Positions 35,613 through 45,772 of a DNA stretch of 64,000 nt are shown piece after piece. Location: IMG/VR virus record IMGVR_UViG_3300029705_000039. One strand, 5' to 3'. The position numbers and the translations under genes were made by a program. Below the pieces are notes generated by a model. That model saw nothing but the letters and a program-made list of their open reading frames with translations, had not been told where the DNA came from and made no database searches. The first letter of the stretch is position 1. Every line of letters starts with the position of its first letter. This DNA is from a virus (taxonomy: Duplodnaviria; Caudoviricetes).

Positions 35613-36428
35613 ATGAAAGGAACAACAAAATCATTAGGACAAAAAGATCTTAATGATAAATTTTATACTAAATCAGCCATTGCTAAACAATTAATTGGTT
35701 ATCTTGATTTACAAAAATATGATTTAATTATAGAACCTTCCGCGGGAAATGGTAGTTTTTCTAAAAACCTGACTAATTGTTTAGCTTTAGACTTATTTCC
35801 GGAAGATGAATCTATTTTGCAACAAGACTTTTTTTCTTTTGTTCCACCTCAAGCGAATAATTGTTTAGTAATAGGAAATCCCCCTTTTGGGCAACAAGCA
35901 AAATTAGCAATTGCTTTTTTCAGATATGCAGCGAGTTTTGCCAATACTATCGCTTTTATTTTGCCAAAATCCTTTAAAAAACATTCTATACAAAATAGAT
36001 TACCGCTTAATTTTCACTTAGAACAAGAATATGAGCTTCCCGAAAACAGTTTTACTTTAATGGGACAAGATTATAACGTTCCCTGTGTTTTTCAGATTTG
36101 GATTAAAAAAGAAAACGAAAGAAAGAAATATATCTATCCCATGAAAACCTCCTTATTTACTTTTACTAAGAATCCTTTAGAAGCTCATTTTCGTGTTCAA
36201 AGAGTTGGTGGTTCCGCAGGAAAAGCTTTTATAGATAAAAACGGTGCTATTTCTTCGAATTATTATTTAATTAATACAAGTGATTACAATGTTGAATATT
36301 TAGTTGATAGCATTAATTCTATTGAATTTCCTTCTATTAGCGATACTGTTGGACCAAAGTCTTTACCAAAAGGCGAATTTATTTATGAAATTGAAAATTT
36401 TTTACAAAAAAATAAAGAGGAAGCCTAA
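35613..36428 (+). CDS. SAM-dependent N6-adenine DNA methyltransferase-like protein
   Basis: KFYT, IEPSAGNGSF, IGNPPFG. Confidence 0.8.
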   Translation: MKGTTKSLGQKDLNDKFYTKSAIAKQLIGYLDLQKYDLIIEPSAGNGSFSKNLTNCLALDLFPEDESILQQDFFSFVPPQANNCLVIGNPPFGQQAKLAIAFFRYAASFANTIAFILPKSFKKHSIQNRLPLNFHLEQEYELPENSFTLMGQDYNVPCVFQIWIKKENERKKYIYPMKTSLFTFTKNPLEAHFRVQRVGGSAGKAFIDKNGAISSNYYLINTSDYNVEYLVDSINSIEFPSISDTVGPKSLPKGEFIYEIENFLQKNKEEA

Positions 36429-36488
36429 GCTTCCTCTTTGGTTTAACTACTACAACTATTAGCATAACATTCCGGTCCTAGTATGCCT

Positions 36489-37127
36489 TTAACTGGGAGT
36501 GGTCGTTCCTGTAGCATTAGTGCTATTACCTGATTGTCCGCTCCCATTATTGGAACTGCCATTGGAATTTGTTCCTTGTTCGTATTGATTTCTCGGATAT
36601 GTATATTGGTTATATTGGTCTTGCCCACGTCCTCCACGTCCACCACGTTCGTAGCGAAAAGGAGGCATATAATACTCGCCATAGCCCCAATCCATATCAT
36701 CCATGTAATCAGCATCGTCATGAGGGAATGGTAAATAGTGATACTAAGTAGGCATATAATTATAGTTTTGGCGCATTCCACCATTACGTCTCATGCGAGG
36801 GGCCATTGCATAATCATTAGGCTCCCACTCACGACCATACTTATGTGCTTTCTTTTTCATTTTCTTCCATTCTTCTTCCTCATCGTCGTCATCTTCTTCC
36901 TCATCCATATCATAACTATGCGGCATTTTATGCTTCATCTTTTTCATTTTCTTTTTAAGATGCTCTTTGCCGCCACCATTTTCCATTTCTTCTAAGCATT
37001 TTAAACCCATTAGAAGTTCTTCTAAAGCTTCCGCGTGCTTAGGAGTCCATTTCTTTTCATACATAATTTCGTCAATTTCCCGTTCTAAACGGTCTTTAAT
37101 ATGATTAAAATCACGCATCGTTATCAC
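36489..37127 (-). CDS. Low-complexity, charged hypothetical protein (code 15)
   Basis: TAG at 36746-36744 joins ORFs 36744-37127 and 36489-36704 in frame. Confidence 0.7.
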
Positions 37128-37128
37128 C

Positions 37129-37539
37129 TCACTTTAGACGGAAAATTACAATGTTGCCACTGGATAGAGTGCCAGGCTCTTCAGAAGTCACTACAAGACG
37201 AAGATTTACTTCATTATCTACATAGCAACAAGAAGGCGCAACATTAACAATTGTTCCTAAAGATAGAGTTTGTTCATCTCCTGCGGCAGTTGATGTAATT
37301 GTAGTTTCTACACCGGGAACGGCAACATTATTCAAATACAAAGCAACTGTAAAAGGAGATGCTGCCGTATTGGAAGCGCCAACGCCGTGGAACTCCACGT
37401 AGTAGCGACCAGGTGTTACAATCCTAAAGGAAGTAGGAGTAGCAGTTGTGATACGGCAGTCACGATAACGAATATCGGTAAAGGCAATCGCAGCATCGGT
37501 TTCATAAACCGCTGATGTAGTTGTATAGGCTTCAAACAT
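37129..37539 (-). CDS. beta-sandwich (BclA-C/C1q-like) protein
   Basis: FRIVTPGRYYVEF...VALYLNNVAVPG pattern. Confidence 0.55.
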   Translation of the reverse strand: MFEAYTTTSAVYETDAAIAFTDIRYRDCRITTATPTSFRIVTPGRYYVEFHGVGASNTAASPFTVALYLNNVAVPGVETTITSTAAGDEQTLSLGTIVNVAPSCCYVDNEVNLRLVVTSEEPGTLSSGNIVIFRLK

Positions 37540-37617
37540 TTCTCATCTCTCCTTGCGGCTGACCCGCATCTAAAATTGAGGAGAGGGTGGCAACCCTCTC
37601 CTCAAGAAAGGTTCATA

Positions 37618-38505
37618 TTAGGTGAAATAGTTGCCACAGCCGCAAGGATTGGGATTGCAAGTGGGCATCTGATACTGATAGATTCCAAAAGCATAATTGT
37701 TTGCGTACTGTGGAGCAGGATAAGCAGGGATTGGTAACTGAGGAACACGAGCGTCCAAAGAAGCTACACGGTTCATAATAGGAGTTACCGCGGCATTTAC
37801 ATAAGCATTAATCGCGGCAGTCTGATTAGCATTATTAGCAGCGTTCTCAAGAGTAGTAACTTTCTGGCGTAGACCGTCAATCTTTTCAGAAGTTAGATAA
37901 TCTTGTAGACCCTGGAAGCCCGCATCTAAGCGGTTCTGGACGCCGGCGAAGCCCGCATTCATTACGCCAGTTAGATGTTCGGTTTGCTGCATGTTAGCAA
38001 TACGATTTTCATAATTAAGAGTTGTGACTAATTGTTTCATTTCGCAGCAGCAGTTCGCTAACTGGCTAGTGAGTGCGCAATTACCAGACTGGATAGCATT
38101 GATAATTTGCTGTCCGCTCATACCTAACTGGCTGCTTAGTTGTAGAATAGACTTGTCAATACTGCAAATAGCATTGCGTAGGTCACCAATACCGCAATTT
38201 AGAGTAGAAGCAATCTGCGCTAGAGCGGCATCATTGCCATGAATGGCATCAAGAACCACCTGGTCAGATAGGCCAGCAGCGCGAGCTTCAACGACAGCTT
38301 TTTCGACTGCCTGGGGACCAGCACCACCATCACCGTTGCCGCCCCAGCCATTGCCCCAGCGGCCGCCCATCATTAGGAATAGAAGTAGCCAGAGGAAGCC
38401 GTTGCCTCCGCCCCAGCCTTCATCGCCGCCGAAACCGCCGCCTCCACGACAGGCGCTGTTAATAAAAGTAGCAAGATCTAAACCGTTTCCTTCAGTAAAC
38501 ATCAT
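37618..38505 (-). CDS. Gly-rich / CCCE coiled-coil protein of Clostridiales-phage type
   Basis: GGWGG-rich N-terminus with a hydrophobic stretch, LANCCCE, PIPAYP...CGCG C-terminus; GGAGG RBS. Confidence 0.7.
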   Translation of the reverse strand: MMFTEGNGLDLATFINSACRGGGGFGGDEGWGGGNGFLWLLLFLMMGGRWGNGWGGNGDGGAGPQAVEKAVVEARAAGLSDQVVLDAIHGNDAALAQIASTLNCGIGDLRNAICSIDKSILQLSSQLGMSGQQIINAIQSGNCALTSQLANCCCEMKQLVTTLNYENRIANMQQTEHLTGVMNAGFAGVQNRLDAGFQGLQDYLTSEKIDGLRQKVTTLENAANNANQTAAINAYVNAAVTPIMNRVASLDARVPQLPIPAYPAPQYANNYAFGIYQYQMPTCNPNPCGCGNYFT

Positions 38506-38595
38506 AGAGAAAACCTCCTTAAAAATAAGATTTTGTTGATTTATAATTACGCGCCTAGGTTCGCGGAATTATCATTAAGCATCCCATGGAATGGG

Positions 38596-38955
38596 CTATT
38601 GAGGGGATTGTTCTTTCGCGGCTCGTGTGTCATTTTTATTTAATGCCGCGATTAAAGAACTTAGTTGTTGTTCCATTGAGGATAAACGTTGTTCTAAGTT
38701 ATTATTGCTGTCATTGGTTTTTACAGGCTCTACATATGGAGTTAGTTTATATGTAGCAGTACCATTATTAGCAGATTTTAAGTATAGTAAATTTTCTTGC
38801 ATATTAATGGCCGCCACAATTCCTGCGGCAACAGGAATAGCATTAACTTCCATACTATTTTGAACCTAATAAACCATACCAGAAGGCTAGAGTGGAGGCG
38901 TTAACGCTCCGAAATAATTTTGATTTCCATATGGATTGTTGTTTTGTCCATACAT
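38596..38955 (-). CDS. Hypothetical protein (code 15, 2 TAG)
   Basis: ATG 38955 with AGGGGTG RBS, reading through two TAG into ORF 38596-38853. Confidence 0.7.
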
Positions 38956-39137
38956 TTCTATCACCCCTTTCATACAATAAGTGAAAAAGTTGGAGGGCTA
39001 TTTGGATTTTTAATACTGAAAATTATTAACTTTCACTTATAAAAATCTTTACAAAATTTTTAAAAAAATAACAATTTTATTACAAATTGAAAAGTTGTTT
39101 TTTTAATTTTTTCACTTTATAATTAAATCGTAAAGAG

Positions 39138-39464
39138 GTGATAAAAGTGATTAATCATGCAGTAATTGTTAAGGACGATTTTATTGTAAGCCAAGAAATA
39201 GAATATATTTATGAGGGACAGCTTACAGTACAGTGCAATGCAATTTTAAAAGCGTTCTTAGCAAGTAGGCAAAGTGAAGTCGAGGGTGGCATTTTATTCG
39301 TTACCGGATGTCCAGGGCTAACTTCTGTTAGTCTGATAATCGCGGCAAAGCTATCTAAAGTAGTCTATAACCGTGAGCCAGCTGATTCAGATGAAATGTG
39401 CGCCATTGAATTATTAAGAGAACGAGGAATTGAAACAGTTTGTAATCCTTCAATTATTTTATAA
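39138..39464 (+). CDS. Degenerate deaminase-fold protein
   Basis: LFVTGCPGLTSVSLIIAAKLSKVVY resembles the dCMP deaminase C-terminal motif but lacks HxE and CxxC. Confidence 0.4.
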   Translation: MIKVINHAVIVKDDFIVSQEIEYIYEGQLTVQCNAILKAFLASRQSEVEGGILFVTGCPGLTSVSLIIAAKLSKVVYNREPADSDEMCAIELLRERGIETVCNPSIIL

Positions 39465-39473
39465 GGTGATTTT

Positions 39474-39899
39474 ATGGAACTATCTAATATTATCTTTCTT
39501 GTAATTAGCCTTTTATTACTTACTGGTATTGGATTGGCTTATTACTTCAAAAAAGACTATTTATCTTATAGTAAACTCATTACTCCCATCTTAATGGCAT
39601 TACTGGAAGTTCTTAAGGCAGTAGGCGGCCTGTTTCCTAATGAAACTGTATTAAATACTTTAATTGTAGTTATCTCTTCTGCAATCAAAGCCGCTGGCAA
39701 TGCAGAAGATTTATGGTTAAAGGGGGAAATTGATAAAGATAAACGACCAGACCACGCCGCTAATTATATCTATGAAGCTTTAAAAGATGCGAATATTACT
39801 ATTACAGATAATATTTTAACAATTATTAATGGTGTGGTTGCAATTACTTGTTATCTTATGCCGCATCACGATACGGATAAAAAGGAGGAAGAGGTATAA
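39474..39899 (+). CDS. Holin-like membrane protein
   Basis: Hydrophobic N-terminal helices; sits ahead of the lysin genes. Confidence 0.55.
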   Translation: MELSNIIFLVISLLLLTGIGLAYYFKKDYLSYSKLITPILMALLEVLKAVGGLFPNETVLNTLIVVISSAIKAAGNAEDLWLKGEIDKDKRPDHAANYIYEALKDANITITDNILTIINGVVAITCYLMPHHDTDKKEEEV

Positions 39900-39976
39900 T
39901 TCTCTTCCTTCTTTTTTTATTTGAAGAAAAATTGTTTTACTAAGATGCGCCGGAACTTTACTTATAAAGTGAAAAG

Positions 39977-40684
39977 GTGGTGAAAATAATGAAAATCCGT
40001 CAAGCCCCTGTGGCTGATTTACTGAAATATATTGGAGAATTATATGCTAATCGCAACCATAATAAACAAAAGAGTATTTTTGATGTTATTAATAACTATT
40101 ATTGCTCTTTAAGTAAGCATAAGACTATTATGCCAGTTGCGGGCGACTATTTTAACGATTGGTGCGATTTAAATTGGAGTCCCACTATGAAGAATTGCCC
40201 TAATATTCCTGGTATTATTATTTATAAAGATAATCCAAATGGCACAAGAAAATATGGACTAATCTATCATAGTGGCTATATTATTTCCGAGCCACTTCAA
40301 ACTAATTATATGTCTTTTTATGAAATTGATAATAATGGTCGTGTATCTTCCCATGTTTATTGTAAGGATGATTGGGATGGTTGGGGCGCGCCTATAAGAT
40401 TTTTTAGCTTCCCGCCAGAAGATTATGTTGATAGTAGCACTTGGACTTTAGGTGAACGTGTATTATCAAAAGATGTATTTGGCCACGACGTAAGGCAATT
40501 ATAGGCTTTATTACATAGAGCGCACGAGGAAGTGCCATTACATGGCTACTTTGAAGACCAAACCCTAAAAGCACTACATTTAACGCAATATTGGTGTAAT
40601 ATTCCTCAAACCAATAGCTTCAACTTAAATAGTGTTGAAGGCAAAAAAATTATTGAGTATTTAACCAATGGTAATAAAGATTAA
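39977..40684 (+). CDS. Protein with C-terminal peptidoglycan-binding domain (code 15)
   Basis: GHDVRQL(TAG)ALL...GYF...T..A matches the PG_binding_1 pattern DV..LQ..L. Confidence 0.7.
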
Positions 40685-42125
40685 ACTATCTAGAGAAGAG
40701 AATATCAATTATTATGGCTCTTCTGAAATTGAACTTGATATTGAGGAATATTTAAAAGGTGTAGTTCCAAGCGAAATTGGTAATGCTCATATTGAAGCGT
40801 GCGCGGCCTAGGCTGTATGCGCTCGCACCTATGCGGTAATTAAAATTAATTCCAAAGGCTATATTACTGATGAGTCCGCAAAAGATTAGGCATTTCGGAC
40901 TTCTCGTTTAACTGGCTATCCCAATGCTTATGAAGGAATTAAAAAGACAGCGGGAGAAATATTATATTATAATAATAAAATTGCTCACTGCTATTATAGT
41001 TCTTCTAATGGCGGCCGCACTACTTCTTCAAAGGAGCGTTGGGGCGGAGACTATCCTTATCTAATTAGTTAGGATGACCCCTATGATAGTGGTAGCGGTA
41101 ATGGCCATGGTGTGGGCATGAGCCAATTAGGAGCAAAGAATCGTGCGGCCGCGGGTCAAACTTATAATGAAATTTTAAGCTTCTATTTTCCCGGCACATA
41201 TGTGCGAGGAGATGAATCTAAAGTAATGACAATCGAACAATTTATTTTAAATTGGTGTAAAGAAAGAGTAGGAAATCCTTATATTTATGGTGCAACTCAA
41301 AAGAAATGTACCGTTTCTTATCGTAAGGAACGCATGGCACAATATCCAAGCTTTGCCGCGAATATTAAAAAATATTGTTATGTCTTAAGTGGCAAGGGCT
41401 CTGCCTGTTCCAACTGTAAATGGTATGACAAAGAGCGCAATACTCATAAATATGCTTATGACTGTGCTCAATTTATTCGTTGGGGCGCAAACGCCGCGGG
41501 CCTGCCACCTGTGAAAAGTGGCGCAACAAGTCAGTGGAAAAGTGATATTTGGCAAGAGAAAGGCGATTTTAAGGATATTCCTACTAATAAGTTATGTTGT
41601 GTTTTCCGTGACAAAAATGGTACAAAAGAACATGTTGGATGGTATTATAATGGCATTGCCTATCACGCCCAAGGACATTCCACTGGTGTGGTAGCGACTG
41701 ATAATAAATAGTACAAATCTTGGACACATTATGCCATTATGACAGGTATTTATACCTCTAATGGTGTTCCTATTGAACTTAGTAATAATATTTAGCCTGA
41801 AACTTAGGATGTGATTAAAGTGCTTTATCAAGCAAAAGTAAAATCTACCGATACAAAATTAAATATGCGCAAGGAGCCTAATAAGTCTTCCGAGCGTATT
41901 ATGTATATTCCACCTCAAGGTATGGTTGATGTTATTGAAGAAACTAATGCAGATTGGTGGAAAGTTATTTATGCTGGCGAGACTGGCTATGTAATGTAGG
42001 AATACTTAACTAAGGAGTTAAGTGATACTTCTAAGGACTATTATATTAAAATAAAATGCGGGAGTGAGGCAGATGCAAGGCTTATAGCAAAAGCGCTCCA
42101 AGGCGCAGCAGTCATAGAGGGGTAA
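40668..42125 (+). CDS. Modular endolysin: SpoIID/LytB-like, NlpC/P60-like and SH3b domains (code 15, 7 TAG)
   Basis: EEYLKGVVPSE...AA(TAG)AVCARTYA, GHGVGMSQLGA; GNPYIYG..DCAQF..HVG; LNMRKEP...WWKVIY..GYVM. Confidence 0.85.
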
Positions 42126-42420
42126 AGGATTAATTTCTATTCTCCTTGGAAATGCTGAGTTTTCCAAAAAAATGGCAGTTTTTGATACAATTTATTATAT
42201 TGTTTTCGCAATTGCTTCTATAACTTTAGCGTGTATTTGGCAACCCTTTGCCGCGATTTGCCCTGAGTTATTGACCATTTTTACTACTGGTTTAGTAACT
42301 TTGCGGCTCGGCTATGTTGCTAAGGCAGGAGCGGAAAACTTCGCAAAAATTAAGAGCACCTTTGATTCCGCGCGTGGCTTATAGGAAGAGATTAATGCGG
42401 AAGAAGAGGAAGCAGGCTAA
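42073..42420 (+). CDS. Second holin-like two-TM protein (code 15)
   Basis: EFSKK followed by two hydrophobic helices and KAGAEN; start uncertain (42073 or 42172). Confidence 0.5.
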
Positions 42421-42486
42421 AAATTGACTTTTTTAAAAAAATGGATTATAATGTATATGTAATAAATAAAAGGAGAGTAATATAAA

Positions 42487-42786
42487 ATGAAGTTCTATTC
42501 GGAATTAACTAACAAACTATATGATACTGCTGATGAATGTAGTGTTGAAGAAGCAAAGTTCCGCCAGGCAAAAGAGGAAGAAGAGAAGACTTACTCTATG
42601 GCTATTGCTGATTTGGACGACATTACCGCTCTATTTAAACAGTGTCAAAAGGAACAGGAAGCAGCTTATAATAAGATGGTAGAAGTTTCTCGTGAAATGC
42701 ATAAGAAATATCGTGATTTCCAGCATAGATTTGGCCGTCTACCGGAAAAGTATTATACAAATTATATAATGTCTAAAATACTTTAA
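42487..42786 (+). CDS. Coiled-coil hypothetical protein
   Basis: Promoter and AGGAG RBS; MKFYSELTNKLYDT. Confidence 0.65.
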   Translation: MKFYSELTNKLYDTADECSVEEAKFRQAKEEEEKTYSMAIADLDDITALFKQCQKEQEAAYNKMVEVSREMHKKYRDFQHRFGRLPEKYYTNYIMSKIL

Positions 42787-42794
42787 TTGTGATT

Positions 42795-42854
42795 GAGGCG
42801 CATACAGCAATCTTTTATGGTATGAATAGCATATTTATAATATAACTGTGCCTC
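42795..42854 (+). ncRNA. CAGCAA stem-clamped ncRNA, copy 1
   Basis: GAGGCGCA-T-ACAGCAA...TGTGCCTC. Confidence 0.6.
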
Positions 42855-42861
42855 GTTTTAT

Positions 42862-42956
42862 GGTTGTGTACCCAAGCGGTTATAAGGGGACTGACTCGAA
42901 ATCAGTTAGGGCGGTTCATAGCCGCTGCGTGGGTTCAAATCCCACCGCAACCGCCA
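42862..42956 (+). tRNA. tRNA-Ser(CGA)
   Basis: Cloverleaf, ACTGA-CTCGAAA-TCAGT, long variable arm, CCA. Confidence 0.9.
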
Positions 42957-43266
42957 AATGGAGAAAAAATGGAACATTTAGATACTATTATGAAAGAATC
43001 CGTCTGTGGTAGATGCGGCAATTTACGATATTGGGATGGATATTTTTGCAGTAATTTGCCAGAGGAATTTAATAAATACGTAGAATATACTGAATTAGAT
43101 GAATTATATCATTTTAAATTTGGTATTCAAATTAAAGAGTGTAAGCATTTTATTCCTCGCATTCCTTGTAATGTGGCGCCTGCGAATCACGAATGCCAGT
43201 TCTGGTGCTTGGGATTGCCTGGTAAGAATAAGTGTGTTTATGCTGATTTATTTTTACATTAAAAAT

Positions 43267-43295
43267 TTGACAAAAATAAAAAATCATTATATAAT
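43267..43295 (+). promoter_or_regulatory. sigmaA-type promoter for the Leu / ncRNA / suppressor tRNA unit
   Basis: TTGACA-17-TATAAT. Confidence 0.8.
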
Positions 43296-43328
43296 ATATT
43301 TATAAGGTTGAGGAAAACTCAACCATAT

Positions 43329-43415
43329 GCCCGGATGGCGGAATTGGCGAGACGCGCTCGACTCAAAATCGAGTACATTGATACACTGTGGGTTCAAATC
43401 CCACTCTGGGTACCA
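43329..43415 (+). tRNA. tRNA-Leu(CAA)
   Basis: CTCGA-CTCAAAA-TCGAG, CCA end. Confidence 0.9.
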
Positions 43416-43419
43416 TTTT

Positions 43420-43539
43420 TAGACGTTTACAGCAAATTTTGATAGTAATCAAAGTGTCGTTGGTTCGATCCCAACATTGCAAGCCAATAATTTTGCAGTT
43501 CGCCCAGTAGGTAGGGCATTTGACTAAAAAGAACGTCTA
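43420..43539 (+). ncRNA. CAGCAA ncRNA, copy 2, containing a circularly permuted tRNA-like domain
   Basis: TAGACGTT/AACGTCTA clamp; internal order T arm, acceptor stem closed by a loop, D arm. Confidence 0.7.
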
Positions 43540-43556
43540 GTTTTATATAATTAAAT

Positions 43557-43647
43557 TGGGGATTGGTGTAATGGCAGCACGGCGGACTCTAAATCCGTGA
43601 GCCCCCTGAAGGCGTAAGTCAGGGTTCAAATCCCTGGTCCCCAGCCA
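43557..43647 (+). tRNA. Amber suppressor tRNA (anticodon CTA) with Gln-type acceptor and long variable arm
   Basis: TGGGGAT/GTCCCCA-G-CCA; GCGGA-CTCTAAA-TCCGT with CTA at 43589-43591; 21-nt variable region. Confidence 0.9.
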
Positions 43648-43654
43648 TTATATT

Positions 43655-43717
43655 TAGACACAACCAGCAAGTTATTTGTATTGCTAATAGAGAATTGATA
43701 CGACTAAATTGTGTCTA
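43655..43717 (+). ncRNA. CAGCAA ncRNA, copy 3
   Basis: TAGACACAA-CCAGCAA...TTGTGTCTA. Confidence 0.6.
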
Positions 43718-43775
43718 GTTTAAGTAAAAATATAAGCGCCTATATGGCGCTTTCTTTGTATAAGGAGTGATTCCC

Positions 43776-44387
43776 ATGGCTGTTTAGGGTGAAAAAATTT
43801 CATATTCTGAATTATTAAATTGGTATGAAGTATTTAATAATCTTGCTACCAATTATAGTGAAAATGTTACCGCTTTATCAATTCCTGTTTCTGGTAAAAA
43901 GGCTGAGCCTTCAGATATTAATAACCTTCATGAAAAAATTAATCAATTTCGTTCTGATACTTATCTCGGCACAAAGGCAGAATGGTTCCCTATTGGAACT
44001 GATGTAAGTAAAAATGAATATATTCGCGCTATTGACCCTACTGCTATTCTTGGCGTAGTTTCTAATGCTACTTTAGTAAAATGTCGAAATGTAGCTACTA
44101 ATACTTGTGGCGTTCATGGCAGTGGTTCTTTAAGCCACGGCAGTAAAGGGAATGGTACGTGGGGCAATACACAAAAATCTTGTGGCACAAAGTCGCATGG
44201 AGACTGGCACAATGAAGGTAATACCGATGGATGGTATTCTAGTGGTAAGAAAACGAATGGATGGTGGAGCCATAGTACCCGCAGTTGCGGAGAGCATGGT
44301 TGCGGCACTAATAATCATGCCAGCAAAGGCAACACAACTGTAATTGATATTACCTGTGTCCATTCTACAAAAGTTAATCAAGCCTAA
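43776..44387 (+). CDS. 203-aa protein with 16 C-terminal pentapeptide repeats; candidate radical SAM substrate (code 15, TAG at codon 4)
   Basis: AAGGAG RBS, ATG GCT GTT TAG, open to TAA 44387; absent from the ORF track. Confidence 0.8.
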
Positions 44388-44395
44388 GGAGTATT

Positions 44396-45772
44396 ATGGA
44401 ACATCTTTATAAAAATCTTTCTACTGTAGTTTTTTATACTTGCGGCACCTGTAATCTTAAATGCCGTTATTGTGGTATTAATAAAAATCCAATATTAAAA
44501 GATATAGATAGTGCTCTTGCCAAAAGTTTTGAAGGAGATTATTACTTTCGACGAGTAAAAGATTATTTCCCCCGTAAAGATATGCTACTTAACTTTGAAA
44601 CTTGGGGCGGCGAACCTTTTCTCCATATGGAGCGTTTATATCCAGTTTTAAAAACTCTATTGGATTATTATCCTTACTTACAAAATGGTTATTCTTCTAC
44701 CAATTTTTCTTTTGAAAATTGGAATGAAAAATTTTTTGGTTTAATGGACTGTTTTGGACAATATCCAAATCGCTTATTTAAATATTGTCTACAGCTTTCA
44801 GTAGATGGCCCTGAATATATTAACGATGCTGGCCGCGGAACAGGTGTAACTAAAAAATGCTTGGCTAATTTTAATAAATTAGTAGCGCTTTTAGCGGCGG
44901 GCCGCCTACCTAAAAATGTAGACCTAACCATTACCCTAAAGGGAACTTTAGATAATGACACTATTAAACAACTTTGTCAAAAAGATAAGATTATAGAGTA
45001 TTTTCAATTTTATGAAAATAATTTTATAAATCCTATCAAACAACTAAATTTATCTAATGTTGATATCATTCCCACAATTCCTAATACTGCGGTCCCTTCT
45101 CCTGTTACTAAAGAAGATGGAAAAATCTTTGCTAAACTAGTTAAGCTTTGTCGCGAAATCGAAGAAGAGAATAAGACTTGTAATTATTTTAATTATTATA
45201 ATATAATTACACCTTATTATAGTAATATCTGCCAAAATTGTTTAACCTACAAATATGGTTGGCATACTTGCGGCACAGGAGATAGCGTTATCGGTTTATT
45301 ACCTGATAATATGGTTTCTACCTGCCATGAGGGTTTTACCCAAATTGTAGAAGAATATCAAAAATTAGCGGCACAAGATAAGAATCTTAATTCTACGATT
45401 ACTTTCGATAAATTTAGAGATGAACAAGCGATTAGTTTATGCGTCGATGACGAAGGATTTTATGAACATCACTATAAAATGTCTTTATATCAACACGATG
45501 ATGCCACAGCACGTGTCGCAACTAGTGCTAGTTTAATTGTAGCATTAGCTCTTGCCAAACAAATTGATGAATGCTATATTAATCAGACTAACGCTTTAAA
45601 GGCCGCGATTTTTATTCAAAGTCATACTTCTTATTGTATTAAAGACAACTACAATAAGACTGGTTCTTACACTCTACCGCCCGTAGGTTTATATAAATTA
45701 TTACTTAACGGTGCGATGGAATACATACAAGGAGAAGGAGAACTAAAAGTTAATGATGTTAGAAAAGACTAA
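44396..45772 (+). CDS. Radical SAM protein 1
   Basis: CNLKCRYC, WGGEP, LSVDG, downstream CGTG...TCH (SPASM/twitch-like). Confidence 0.9.
   Translation: MEHLYKNLSTVVFYTCGTCNLKCRYCGINKNPILKDIDSALAKSFEGDYYFRRVKDYFPRKDMLLNFETWGGEPFLHMERLYPVLKTLLDYYPYLQNGYSSTNFSFENWNEKFFGLMDCFGQYPNRLFKYCLQLSVDGPEYINDAGRGTGVTKKCLANFNKLVALLAAGRLPKNVDLTITLKGTLDNDTIKQLCQKDKIIEYFQFYENNFINPIKQLNLSNVDIIPTIPNTAVPSPVTKEDGKIFAKLVKLCREIEEENKTCNYFNYYNIITPYYSNICQNCLTYKYGWHTCGTGDSVIGLLPDNMVSTCHEGFTQIVEEYQKLAAQDKNLNSTITFDKFRDEQAISLCVDDEGFYEHHYKMSLYQHDDATARVATSASLIVALALAKQIDECYINQTNALKAAIFIQSHTSYCIKDNYNKTGSYTLPPVGLYKLLLNGAMEYIQGEGELKVNDVRKD

Noticed and set aside
42864-42967. ORF-track extensions or ORFs overlapping tRNAs (42864, 50655, 51334, 52308, 54741, 55810, 18026)
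   Set aside because: They overlap clear tRNA or tRNA-like structures; where real genes exist they start downstream (e.g. 42969, 54819, 18122)
43648-43720. HDV-like theta ribozyme after the suppressor tRNA, as reported in some recoded phages
   Set aside because: No nested double pseudoknot could be drawn by eye, and the tRNA already encodes CCA; a motif search is still worthwhile
44114-44381. ORFs 44152-44343 (+) and 44114-44381 (-) as the radical SAM precursor
   Set aside because: They overlap the better-supported RBS-led code-15 gene 43776-44387 in other frames
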